The position numbers and the translations under genes were made by a program. Of a stretch of DNA of 64,000 nucleotides, positions 1 through 11,900 are shown piece after piece. A model generated the notes under the pieces. The model searched no databases. It had not been told where the DNA came from and saw only the letters and a program-made list of their open reading frames with translations. Within the stretch, counting starts at the first letter, position 1, and the number at the start of each line of letters is the position of its first letter. Source of the stretch: Octopus bimaculoides (Eukaryota); the NCBI RefSeq assembly GCF_001194135.2, contig NC_069001.1:33043545-33107544 (forward strand), in the 5' to 3' direction.

Positions 1-59
1 AATGTATGTATGTGTATGTTTTCTTTCTTAATTTTGATGCATAAATATTCACAACACTG

Positions 60-1440
60 TTTCATAATATAAAATATTTTTTGATAATAAGATAGGCAAT
101 AGAAAAATCTGTTGCAGTATAATAGTCTGGTCTTCTTTAGCTGCAAGGTGACCCATCAGCTCATTGTACTATTCAACTTGTAGCTGAGATTGCTTGTTTC
201 TTACAAACTGGATGCAAGATGATAGCAGTAGAACTCTTGAATTGTAATCTTATTTTGAACAAAGGTTATTATTCTTCAACATGCTACCTATCATTGTGCC
301 AACCCAGTTCACCATTGAGAAATAAGAATGTAACACATTGGGTCAAGATGACAAGATATATATATGACCCTTGTTGCAGTGGTGTATTACTTGATGAATT
401 ATCATATTGATATCTCTTTTCTAGAGGGTCTCCTTTTCAACAATAAACACAGTAGTAATTTCATTACATGAAGTACTGGTAAAAAAAATTGTACTCTCTG
501 ATGTGAAGACCTCATTTGAAGTTCTGGTTTTATTTATGGGAAAGTGTGTTTTCTTCAAGTTGAAGTTCTTGCAATTGTCAAACACATATTTTTATATAGT
601 TGTGAAAAATCATAATTTCTTGTATTGTGCTCATCACAATAAATAAACTTGCTGAATTTTGAGATGCTTCCGTCTGGAAATGTAAAACATCATTAGCTTC
701 ACTAATATAATATCATGTTGGTTGATCATTTTCTGAGCTCAGCATAGAGAAGGAGAATGATAAGATTTTCTAAAACAATAAAATCACTTTCTGGTGCAGT
801 AACTGCAGAACTTATAATTTTGGATATTGTTCCTGAAATTATTAGCTTTCTTATTGTTTGCATCAAAGAGTAGTTTGAATTCATCAGGATAAGGCTATAA
901 ATGAGCAAGTCATATTTTACTATAATGGTAACAACAATTTAGAAGGCTCAGAAATGAGCCTCAAATTCACACAGTAAAGATAGTATCTATTCATTTCTCC
1001 AATATTATTTGGTTCAACAGTGACTCATTCACTCTGATATAATATAAAACACCAAACCATCTCTGATAACTTCTTTTTAAAAGAAATTCTCAAATTAAGC
1101 AACTATTCTTTGTTTGTGTTTTCTTGTTGTACTTGAATCCTTTCATGAAATCTTTCCTGATATTGTGCCTGTTAATCTTCATTCATTTTACTTTGTTGTA
1201 CCTATCGCTCTTGTCACATATAATCAGTTTGTTGTTCACCATTCATGTCTTTCTCAAAGCCTGTTGACTTTCTCTTTTGATACTGTATCTTGCGCATTTG
1301 TGTTCACTCCTGTCAGCTTCCCTTATCTGTTGATTTTGGTCTTTCTCTTATTTCCTGTCTTTGTTCTCTCTTCTTTTGCCTTCTCATTTTTTTCTCTTGT
1401 TGCTTCAAATCCTCAATTTTGTTCCACCATAAAAGTTGTT
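60..1440 (-). mobile_element. Decayed Helitron Rep, N-terminal fragment (stops and frameshifts)
   Basis: Minus-strand translation across frames gives a charged N-terminus (about 1110-1440), FDANNKKANNFRNNIQNY (about 815-860), REYN..STSCNEI, HLDPMCY.LFLNGELGWH (about 296-347) and IQFVRNKQSQLQVE*YNELMGHL. These are colinear with Helitron Rep motifs. Confidence 0.75.
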
Positions 1441-1834
1441 TAAATGGGAAGTGAGAATATAATTAATGTGCAAACATTTTGCAGAGATGTAAAAGAGATA
1501 ATAAAAGATAACAAGAAGTTGGAGTATCTTTCTTACTGTTTGCTGCCCCATGAAATTAAAAGTATTTATCTTGCCAAAAGTAAAGCTCTTTTTGCTTCGC
1601 AAGAATGTAAATTTTTTCCTAGAAAATGAAATTACAAAGGAACAACAAACATTATTTAACAGTGATAATAAAGAAAATAGTGGACAGCAGAACACCAGTT
1701 GGATAATATATGCATCCAGTGGGATGAAAGCATATTAATTGCTGTGAAGCTGTGTAAGATAAAGAAATAAATTAAGCAATGTGAGACACATGTAAGAGAC
1801 AGTATCTCCTAGTAAGAGCTGACTCAGACTGTGA

Positions 1835-1998
1835 CAACCTGTCTAGTTCAGGTAGTGATTCAGCGATAAGAGCAAGGTCATCAGCATAGAGGAGCTCCCA
1901 GGGGCAGCCTGTCTTGAATTCCTCTGTTATTGCCTAGAGGACTATGATGAACAAGAAAGGGTTGGGGACTGATCCTTGGTGAACCCCTACTTGTACCC
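1835..1998 (-). mobile_element. RTE-clade LINE reverse transcriptase fragment
   Basis: RVQVGVHQGSVPNPFLFIIVL*AITEEFKTGCPWELLYADDLALIAES. YADD at 1877-1888, one in-frame stop at 1934-1936. Confidence 0.9.
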
Positions 1999-2586
1999 TG
2001 TCTTAAACTGCAATAAGTAGTTGTAAAAAAAATATATTTTTATCTTTTTAATCTGCTAGATATTGATCTTCTTCACTAAATTTTTTTTATAATGGTGGGA
2101 TAACTTGAAGAGGTCAAAACATCTGTCTGGTTGGACATTATTGGTTGGCATAATTATTTAGTAGTATCAATGCCATAGATAACACAGCATCCCCAAGTAT
2201 CTGGTGGACTAATTTCTGTTTTTCATCCTTTGGCTTATTTTCTTCTCTTTAGTAAATTCAATAGGTGTTATCTGATATGAGATCAACCTAAGTAGGCTAG
2301 AACTGGAGTATTTATGGATTATAGTTACATTTAAATGTTGGAAAATAAGCCTTACACTTAAGCCTAGCAGATCAATTTTGTGTGAAGTTGGTTTTTAACT
2401 TAACTGACACAAGTTTCTTCTTTATATGAATAAGTTTCAATTGGTGAAATTATATATTTTTGAAAATTAAATTGATACTAATTCTTACAAAGTTTTCTGT
2501 TCTTTCGTTTTTTTTTTGACAGTTTTGAAAGTAAAGGATGGGATTTAGCTAATTGAAATAAGCTAATAATATTACTGATACATTTA

Positions 2587-2757
2587 AGGTGACAAGCCGG
2601 CGGAATCATTAGCATGCTGGGCAAAATGCTTAGCAGCATTTCATCTGTCTTTATGTTCTGAGTGACTTTCATCTTTTTGGGGTTGACAAAATAAATACCA
2701 GTTGAGTACTGGAGTCACCAAAATTCCTGGCCTTGTGTCAAAATTCGAAATCAATAT
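2587..2757 (+). mobile_element. SINE family A (tRNA-derived head), internally deleted copy
   Basis: Shares gcagaat..tagca..ctgggcaaaatgcttagc, ttcatc...ggggttga and tggccttgtg..aaaatt with other copies in the window. Confidence 0.75.
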
Positions 2758-3317
2758 TATTGTTCAAAGTAAAAATAATCAGAGAGAACTTGGAGAAGGA
2801 GGAAACTGAAGCTTTTAGTCTAGAGCTCTATTATTTCTGTAAACTCAGCATCCTTGCTTTATAATAGAATATTAAAACAGTGAATATTTTTTTCATTTTC
2901 AAATAGGTTTTTCGCAATCAGCCAATGATCATTAATACTATATTTATGCTAATCCATTGATGAGCTAAGTTTGTGATTTAGCATTCACTCCTATTTGTAA
3001 CCAGTTCAATGAGTTCAGTTACATGACTAATATGCTCAAGAAAATTTTTTAAATTATGATACACAACCTTATATTGAACTTTGGGACTTGTTTTTAAGTG
3101 AAGGTTTATGATTTTGTATCTTACAAAGTTTGATAACTAAATGCAAATATTAAACGGTAATAATTAAAATAGTTTACACAGCACCATTTTTTGTGAGAGT
3201 TTGAATTGTTGAACTACTCATGATGATAATTCTATGAAGAATTTCTCAAAACACATTTCTCAAGGAAATATATAATGTTATGAAATAAATAGTCAAATTG
3301 TTCATCAAATTAAATAT

Positions 3318-3440
3318 CATCATCATTTAATGTCCACTTTCCATGCTTGCATGGGTCAGATGAAATTTGTTGAAGCAGATTTTCTACAGCGAGATGCCCT
3401 TACTGTTACTTACCCTCATTTGTTTTTAAGCAAGATTATA
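3318..3440 (-). mobile_element. RTE-type 3' tail (family C) with (ATG)n end
   Basis: catcatttaatgtccactttccatgcttgcatggg...gatgccctt, homologous to 4953-5100 and 49480-49568. Confidence 0.7.
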
Positions 3441-3549
3441 TTTTCCATGGCCAGACACATGTTTTTACCTTCAAAGACTGGAAGCAAACAACATTGCTTG
3501 CATAATGGTGATACTCATTTACAACTATCACATGTCAAGACAAGACAAG

Positions 3550-3730
3550 ACACACGCACACACACACACACACACACAGAGGCTTCTTTCAGTTTTCATC
3601 TGCCAATCCACTTACAAGGGTTTTGTTGGCCTGAGACTATATAGAAGACACCTGCCCATAGTGTTACGCAGTGGGGCTGATCCCAAGACAACATGGCTGG
3701 GAAGCAAGCTTCCTAACCATACAGCCATGT
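3550..3730 (-). mobile_element. SINE family B (tRNA head plus CORE-like cttgggcaagtg segment), 5' half
   Basis: ggcttctttcagtttt...gaagacacctgccca...aagcttcctaaccatacagcc is the reverse complement of the family B head. Confidence 0.8.
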
Positions 3731-4952
3731 CAATGTCTTATATATATATATATATATGTATATATTCAAACTCTTAAACTTCAGGCTTTGTAACTCTTCA
3801 AAGAAGTGTTTCTATATAATACATATATTTATAGTTTTGTGGAAATTTCCCATGGGATTTATATGTTTAAACTTTCTTATGAATTATATGCTAATGACAT
3901 TAGTATTAAACACTGTGAGAAAGATCTACTTCATTTAAATTTCTCACTTGATTAAATATGTATCTATATAGTATTGGGGTGGTACTTCTCATAATATCTG
4001 ATAATGAAAATATGACTGATTTAAAACAGATTAAAGCATTCATCAATATATCTAACCATACTCTAGTTTACGGTGAATCTTAAATGAATACATGAAGGAC
4101 TATTATTGAAGAATTCATTGTCCTGTAAGGAAAATTTTCACCTTGACTTTCCAAGATGCTCACTTGCCAGCTAAATCTATTGGGTTCAAAGCTTTATGGC
4201 ATCTTGTTTGTTGCTTCATGTTTTTCATTTGTAAAATTAATTGGAGTTAGCTTTGCTTTCTATCCTTCTATGATTGATAAAATAATACCAGTGTGTTACT
4301 TTCGATTATTGTGATCATTACATTTCAGTTTCTTGTAAAAAATAATTTTATGTCTGTGTCAAATATCCCTCTACAGATTTAATTTCTTGTGAAGTTGAAC
4401 TCACAAGATAATTTTTAGTTGGAATGAGATGACATGCACTGTTAATATTTTGAATATCATAAACATTAAAACCTCATTTTCCTAGAGCAATTCTAAGGTT
4501 TCATACCCATATTGAAATAATCAGTTTTATTATTATTTACTCTTTGCCTTTAAATCTGTGGCTTTTTCTTACGTAAGAAAATAATATTTCAGTCATATGT
4601 TTCTGCAGTACCACAGAACTTTACTTCACTTCATACATCTTGATCTAAGACTGACTCTATATAAAACTGAATTTATTTGCTTAACAAACCATTTGAATAA
4701 GAATTGAAATAGAGAATTAAACTGGTTACTACTATGAAATATTTTAATTCTTTAGTGTTCTAAATTCAGCTCCAATAATGGTCAACTTTATACTCTATTT
4801 CTAGGATTGATAAAATAAATATAATTGAAATTATTGAATAAGCAAACTTTTAGGATATAAATTTAATGGTTATGAATTCATTGTTGCAGATATTTTGATA
4901 TATCATTGGGCATGCTTCACAAAATATTTTAAACTCTTTGCCTTTCATATCT

Positions 4953-5100
4953 ATCATCATCATCATCATCATCATCGTTTAACGTCCGCTTTCCATGCTA
5001 GCATGGGTTGGACGATTTGACTGAGGACTGGTGAAACCGGATGGCAACACCAGGCTCCAGTCTGATTTGGCAGAGTTTCTACAGCTGGATGCCCTTCCTA
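4953..5100 (-). mobile_element. RTE-type 3' tail (family C), young 5'-truncated copy
   Basis: (CAT)n then cgtttaacgtccgctttccatgctagcatgggttggacg. About 90 percent identical by eye to the + copy at 49480-49568. Confidence 0.85.
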
Positions 5101-5263
5101 TCTATGTTAGTAATATATGACAATGTTGCTGAGGATGCTACTATTGATAAAATGTCATCATATATTGGGCAGTTCATTTTTGTTTGCTTCACAGTATTGA
5201 ATAATATGTTGAATATACAACTAAATACTGGGCTTATGAGTTTTAAAAAACCTACTGGAAACT

Positions 5264-5690
5264 GGTATGGCTGTGTGGTTAAATGGTTCACATCCAAACC
5301 ACATGGTTTCAGGTTCAGTCTCACTGTACAGCACTTTGGGTAAGTGTTTTCTCTTATAGCCCTAGATTGACCAAAGCCTTGTAAATAAATTTGGTTGACA
5401 AAAACTGAAAATTTGTCATGTGTGTGTGTCTTGGGGGTGGGGTATAGTATTTGTTCCCATTTGAGATCTGTGAAAGCTACTATGAGTGATGTTGTTGTCT
5501 CTTCTGTCATTAAATCACCCACTTGCTTTGCGCCTTTGAAGATGTGTGAAAGAAGACAAAAAAAACATCTTATTTGAGATATGAGAAAGGGTTAGTGATA
5601 CAAAAAGACATTTGGCTGTAAAACAATGCCTCAATAATATATTCATCTAACCCATGCTATTATGAAAAACGGATATAAAACAAATGAAAG
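5264..5690 (+). mobile_element. Composite SINE: family B head joined to an RTE-like tail
   Basis: ggtatggctgtgtggttaa...ggttcagtctcactg...ctttgggtaagtg head, TG microsatellite, then cctttgaag...agggttag...ctaacccatgcta tail. Confidence 0.7.
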
Positions 5691-6225
5691 AACATATAAA
5701 TATATGTGTGTGTTACTTATCAACTATGCTGACAACAGAACATAAAAGCAGGTCTGGGCAAAGGATAGAATGCTTTTGAAGGGGCCAAGAAAGGAGCATT
5801 TGCCCTGTGTCCTTTTCCCTTTGAGTGGATAATTAATTCTGCTTTAATTCACTTTAACTATGGGAAATGGATATCAGATCTTTTGAGAATGTTTTCGGAA
5901 ATAGATTACATCATATACAGGTATAGGATTGAAGTCTGTTTCCCTTCGCACATGACAGTTTTGAGCTACAACCAAATTTATAACTTATAAGAGCTCTTGG
6001 AAATAATATTTATCTCTTTATTTGTTAACATTCTGAACTTGAACTGGCCTACATATTTTCATTCAAATCATCATTGTCCTGGAGTGAACAAATGAGAGCG
6101 AGGCATACATTATATGCCTATGGGTAGAAATCAAGAAAGCATGAAAATCTTTGGGTGTAGCTAACTGTAAATTGTACTAATCCTTTTTTTCATTTATTTA
6201 CTTTGTTCTTTTTTCCTTTTCCCAG

Positions 6226-6453
6226 GTAACTTTGTACTTGGAAATGCAAAGTCCGATGGCCTACCAGTTGTGTACTGCTCAGAAGGATTCTTTGAGATTA
6301 CTGGCTTCCGACGAAGCCAAGTAATTGGCAAGCGGTGTAGTTGCAGTTTCCTCTATGGAGCCCTTACAAAAGAGGAATCAAAGCAAAAGGTTGAAGATGC
6401 TCTTATCTATCAACAGGAAACGAAAGTCAATATCTGCCTTTATACCAAATATG
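6226..6453 (+). CDS. KCNH8: Elk exon 2: PAS domain, N-terminal part ([44 protein letters not shown]...LYTKY)
   Basis: Polypyrimidine tract then cccag acceptor, G|gtaagt donor, 228 nt, phase 1-1, clear EAG-PAS homology. Confidence 0.96.
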
Positions 6454-7054
6454 GTAAGTGATTTTTCATTACAGTTTGAAACATTGATATTCTTTTGATT
6501 GGTTTTCTTATTTAAATCATATCTACATTGTAATATAATTTGAAAAAATAAGTAACTGCTCTAGAGTATTCTACATTGAATTCTTACCTGAAGGCAGTCA
6601 GTTATGAGACAACTGTCAAATAAGATGGATTGATTCTCATTTTTAAATGTTTTGTTTTAATATTTGCATATTTTCTACTTGTTTCAGTCACTAGACTGCA
6701 GCCATGCTGGGGCACTACCTTGGAGAATTTTTAGTCAAATGAAACGACTTCAGGATTTATTTTTTTTCAAGTCTAGTCCTTATTCTGTTGGTTACTTATG
6801 CTGAAATGCTAAATTTCAGGGAATTTAAACACACCAACACCGGTTGTCAAGTGGTGGTCGGGGACAAACGCAGACACAAAAGCACACACACACGCACACA
6901 CATATAGACACATACATACGATGGGCTTCTTTCAGTTTCCATCTCCGAAATCCACTCACAAGGCTTTGGTTGACCCAAGTCTATAGTAGAAGATACTTGC
7001 CCAAGGTGCCACACAGTGGGACTGAACCTGGAACCAAGCAAGTAGTATTGCTGA

Positions 7055-7088
<34 letters not shown>

Positions 7089-8920
7089 TTTTTGTCAGAA
7101 GGTCGCAGATCATGAAATACTTGAAAGCTATCTGTCTGTCTGTCTGTCTGTCTATGGTATGGCTGTGTGATTAAGAAGTTCACTTTGAAGCCCAGTAGAC
7201 AAATAAACCCTTTTTAAATTAATGATTCAGCATGAAAATGAAAATAATCTATCAAAGACAATTTCGTTTTTTGAGCAGGTATGTGTAAAACAAATTTAAT
7301 CTGCCTGTATATTTGTACATCATAATGCAGGAAACCTCTATAGATTAAACAGAATCTGTACTTTATTGATTAATCAAATGCCATATTACTTCATCAAAGG
7401 CCTTTCGATAGAATGTAGCACACCCAACGAATGATTAAAGAAGATCAGAATTGATAGCAATGACTTTCAACTAATCACTCTCCTGAACTTGGGACAAAAG
7501 ATAGACATCAGCATTTTACAAGAATATACTCTATTTATAAATGTGAAAAGAAAAGTTAACTACAGCTCCTTACTGTGTACCGTCTTCTTACCTTGTCAAT
7601 AAGTATTTCAAATACATGTTTAAAGAGATAATGTAAAAATGATTCTCATAAATGTGGGTGGAAGGTCTACATTCATACCCCACTGTCACCACCAACACAA
7701 AAAAAAAAAATGTTAATTACCATGCAGTCACACCTGCATCTATTTGTCTAGTGAAAAAAAAACCCAAACAAAAAACAAAAATAAGAAATGTTTTTTATTG
7801 TTAATTATTCCTGTCTTTGCTGTAAATCAATTTGGAGATTATTTGGTGTGTTACATAATTTTTCAAATAAATTGTTTGATTTTTTACTTACAAAATTCAT
7901 GGCTCACTACATGTAGTATGTTAGTGTACACTTTTGTGTTTTTCATGCAGAAGATGTCCCTGGGTAACTTTTCATCCTCATTCTTTTGACAAATATTAGC
8001 ATTGTTATTCATGGAAGTATACGACTTCTCCTAATTCTCACTTTACAGTGATAAAATATTATAACCTGTCTTTTCAGGAAATCCATTTTGGTGTCAGGTG
8101 GAAATCATTCCAATCACAAATGAAAACCAAGAAGTAGTTCTTTTCTTAGTATCTTTTTACCAGAACATGCCAAATGACCAAAATATAGAATCCGAAATCA
8201 CAGGTATTTATAAGAATTTTCTCAAATTTTCAATGCACCATATCTCAGTGTTATCTACAAGCCTGGTTTGAAGGTAAAAGATAACAAAACAATGCAAATG
8301 TATGAAAATATTAATGGACTAAACAGAACAGGAAGAAACACATGGGATGGAGAGTTGCTGAAGAGGTCACAAGATGTATGATGTAAGATGTCAAAGGACA
8401 CTAAAATAATAAAAATAATAAAACTGAATTGAAAACCAAGTATATAATGTGTGTGTGTGTGTGCGTGTGTGTGTGATTAATTGGCAAAAATATAACTATC
8501 CCCAAATATAACAAAATATTAATAGTTATTTGAAATCTGAATTTTATATAAGGCGTAGTCTTAATTTGAAGATTAATCAAATTGATTTTGAGGAAAGGGC
8601 ACTAATAATGAGACATACTAACGCACAGCCTATTCTTAAATGTTCATTAAAGTCTGGATGTTTGATTTGGTCATAAATTCAAATCTCCACAACCATCATC
8701 ACCACCACCACCACTATTCCCATGACCACTACCACCATTGTGCTGATTCTTTTCATTATCCAATTTCTCTCTCAGCTTGCACATTGCTCTTCTTACATGT
8801 TGATATTTAATGGTTTAAACTTAACTAATTTCTCTCCAACCCTTGCAAATCTATATTTAATGCTTTTCTCACCATGATGCAGCATCATATTTCTTATTCA
8901 TGCTCCATACAGTCTACCTT

Positions 8921-8963
<43 letters not shown>

Positions 8964-11900
8964 CCATTTAACAACAGAGGAAACAGCTTCTCAAACTTCT
9001 TCATAGCTTTTCTTACTCTAGTTACAATAATCACATTATAATGACTTTCAGCACCAATTACACCACAGAGATTATAGAAACAGTTGTTGTTGTTGTTTAA
9101 CCCTAAGGCAACCATGAATAAGCAGACTTATGATCAAAGGCCTCCTAGCCATCAACATCCTGATTATTTTCAGGCCAGAGTATTCAACACAGCTTTCTTT
9201 TTAAGTTTTAAGAGAGAATTGACTGTTATCTCTAGACGACCAAGCTACCACATGTATGCTCTCTAGCTGGCTTCAAATAACAGATATTAGAATCTCTCTA
9301 CTATGATCCGACCTAACAGTGTATAAACTTCATTCCATGGATTCTGTTGTGAAATTTAAAATCCAGGTTTCTTGTTAGCCTTCAGTGTACCTATTGCTTG
9401 CATGTCTTGTTTACCTGTTGATTATATTGTATATTCAGTATTAGTTCTTACCTACTCCTTTTTTGTGTGTGTACAAAAGTATTCTTAGATGACAGTGAGA
9501 TCTTGTGCTTTTTCTCAGTAACTAACACTTTGGTGTTTGCTATTTTGAATTTTAACCTTTTGATGCTTGACCATTCTTTTAGTTTGGGAATGTTTACAGC
9601 TATTTCTTGACAACTTCTACAATGAGAAATGGGCCATCAATATATAAGATAGTAAAGCTGCTGTTGTTATTGTCCCAAGAACTACAGTGAATAAAAAGGA
9701 CTTAGGACAAACCTCATGGCTGAAGGAAATAATGACACAGGAATACTTTGTGTACTAAATGCAAATACAGTAGGATCTCACATATGTAATACATTGATTG
9801 GAAAAAATGTAATTAACTGTGATTAGCAAAGAAATTACTTGACATAAATTCTCACTAAGACATTTTTATCTTGTAAAAAGTTATGTTGTAAATTGTGCAG
9901 TCAATTTCTTGCTAATATGGAGTGCGTTCACCACACCATCAAACATAGCTTCAACTGTTTTCAAAAACCATATGTAAATAATAGAGAGTTATCTTCTGGT
10001 AAGGATGTATTTTGTACTTGCCCCACTAGAAATATTATAACTGAGGTTTTAATTCCAAACTCAACTGTATTAAAACTGACCTTATTTTGTACTGAATTCA
10101 CAATGAATCTCTCAAAAATAAACAATCACATCATTGAAATTTCAAAGCTATGAGATAATGCATGATTAATTAAAAACAATATGAATAAATAAGTTTTACA
10201 TTTGACAGAGTTAATATTTCTCACGTCTTAGAAAGTAGATTTAGAAAAGGCATCTAAGTGTGGAATATTATTAAATTGATTAAAGAGACACTTCACTTGT
10301 AAGAAATTAAAGATCTGAACAATACTTTCATAAAGGGAATAAAACGTGTTAAGTAGCAGCATATTGGCAGTAGTTATTATTGTAGCTGGTTGAACAGGCT
10401 GTGAGTTTGTAGAAATGGTTTAACGTATTTAGTCTTGGTAATTATTATGTTGGCTTCGTCTCTTCCAAACTCTGGGTTAAACACTTTTCTCAATATTTTC
10501 TTCCCAGAAATGTGACATCTGAAATGCTCTCTCTGCCAAATTATCTTTGCTTTCTCTACAGGCTTCAAACCTCAAAAGTTCAAGTTAAACATACAACTGC
10601 ATTAACCTTACCAGTCTAAGAAGACCTTCAAATGTTATGTGGCATGTCCCTCTTTCTTGTGATAGAATATATAGAATATATATATCTTACAAAGTTTGGC
10701 ATTTTGCCTCATCAAAAGAAATCATTATTATAACTGGTTGAAATGTTTGCTTTCAAAGAAGCATAACAAAAAATACGGATTATGTTCCATTCTTTCTTTA
10801 CTAAAGTAAGAGAAATCAGTGATAAGCGAGGACACAAACTGTGATTCTACAATTTCATGATAACATCAGTCTAAACTTTAGTACATAGCCAGAAATGGTT
10901 CTTGTAATGAGAGTCAAAATAGCACAAGTTAAACTTAGTGTGCTGAAATATCTCTCAGAAAAAACTTTTAATAAATGTACTTAATAAATGTTTACAAAGA
11001 CTTACGAAATACATTGGTGTTAATCAAAGGGTAAATGGTAATTAAAAAAAAATCTTGTTTTAGAATGAAATGACGTCAAAAATGAATGTAACCTTGCCAA
11101 AAATCCACCACTGCAATATTTTCAGGTTTCTATCATGTCTATAATGATAGACATGATAGACCGAGACAAACAAAAATAGCAAAAGTAAAGAATTTCTATG
11201 CCACGTGTAATGTATGTTACCTTAGCTATCAACATATTTATCTTCACTTATAGTAATTTTTCGAAAGATATGTGTTGGGCCCAATAAGGAAACTGCCACC
11301 TATCAAAAGCATAGAGGATGAAGGTTAGTGCTGACAGAAGTGTGTGACTCACTAGATTTGGGTAAAAGATATCCTAGCATGTAAATATTTGCTTACACTA
11401 AATATATCTTGGGTAGGAGGCTCAGTAATTTCTTCTCTGTTAGATTTTTATACCCTTTTAGTAAGTAATCTATAGAAAAATTCAACTGCTGTGTAAAACA
11501 GCATACAGGAAGACTGAAAATTAAGTGGGAATGTAATGATTCTTTAGCAATTACTGAAACATGTTCCCTCATTAGTGAATTGCTATTTACAAAAACGATT
11601 TTCTTGAATGATTGAATCTCAGTTTAAGTGCAATTTATTAAAAGTTGTGACTCTCTATATCAATACAACATGTTTATATATATTGGTGTTACTTTCATGT
11701 GTGGGTGGTTTACCAGCAAAAAGGATTCAATTTATAGGCAGTTTATAGTTGTCAATAGTAATATTCAAATTATTTTGGGGTAATCATTTTTATTTCAGAG
11801 GTTATATCTCTAGAGCAGAGGTCACCAAGCCTTTTACATGGCGGGCCAAATAACTGTGGGAATGACGAGCGTGGGCCGCATAACCATTCTGTTCGATACA

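Noticed and set aside
1444-1738. Short overlapping ORFs between the Helitron and RTE remnants
   Set aside because: No recognisable domain or splice context. Probably decayed repeat sequence.
1-6225. Exon 1 encoding the PAS cap (MPVRKGLLAPQNTF-like)
   Set aside because: I found no such peptide. The cagaacacc at about 1688 reads QQNTSWII, not PQNTFLD. Exon 1 is presumably upstream of the window.
10377-10620. Minus-strand 63-aa ORF and a good + acceptor at about 10561
   Set aside because: No homology recognised. The + exon hits a stop in the required phase and has no donor.
11126-11240. Exon-like open stretch ([20 protein letters not shown]) between exons 3 and 4
   Set aside because: It enters in phase 1, but the available donors are phase 0 or 2, which breaks the frame of exon 4.
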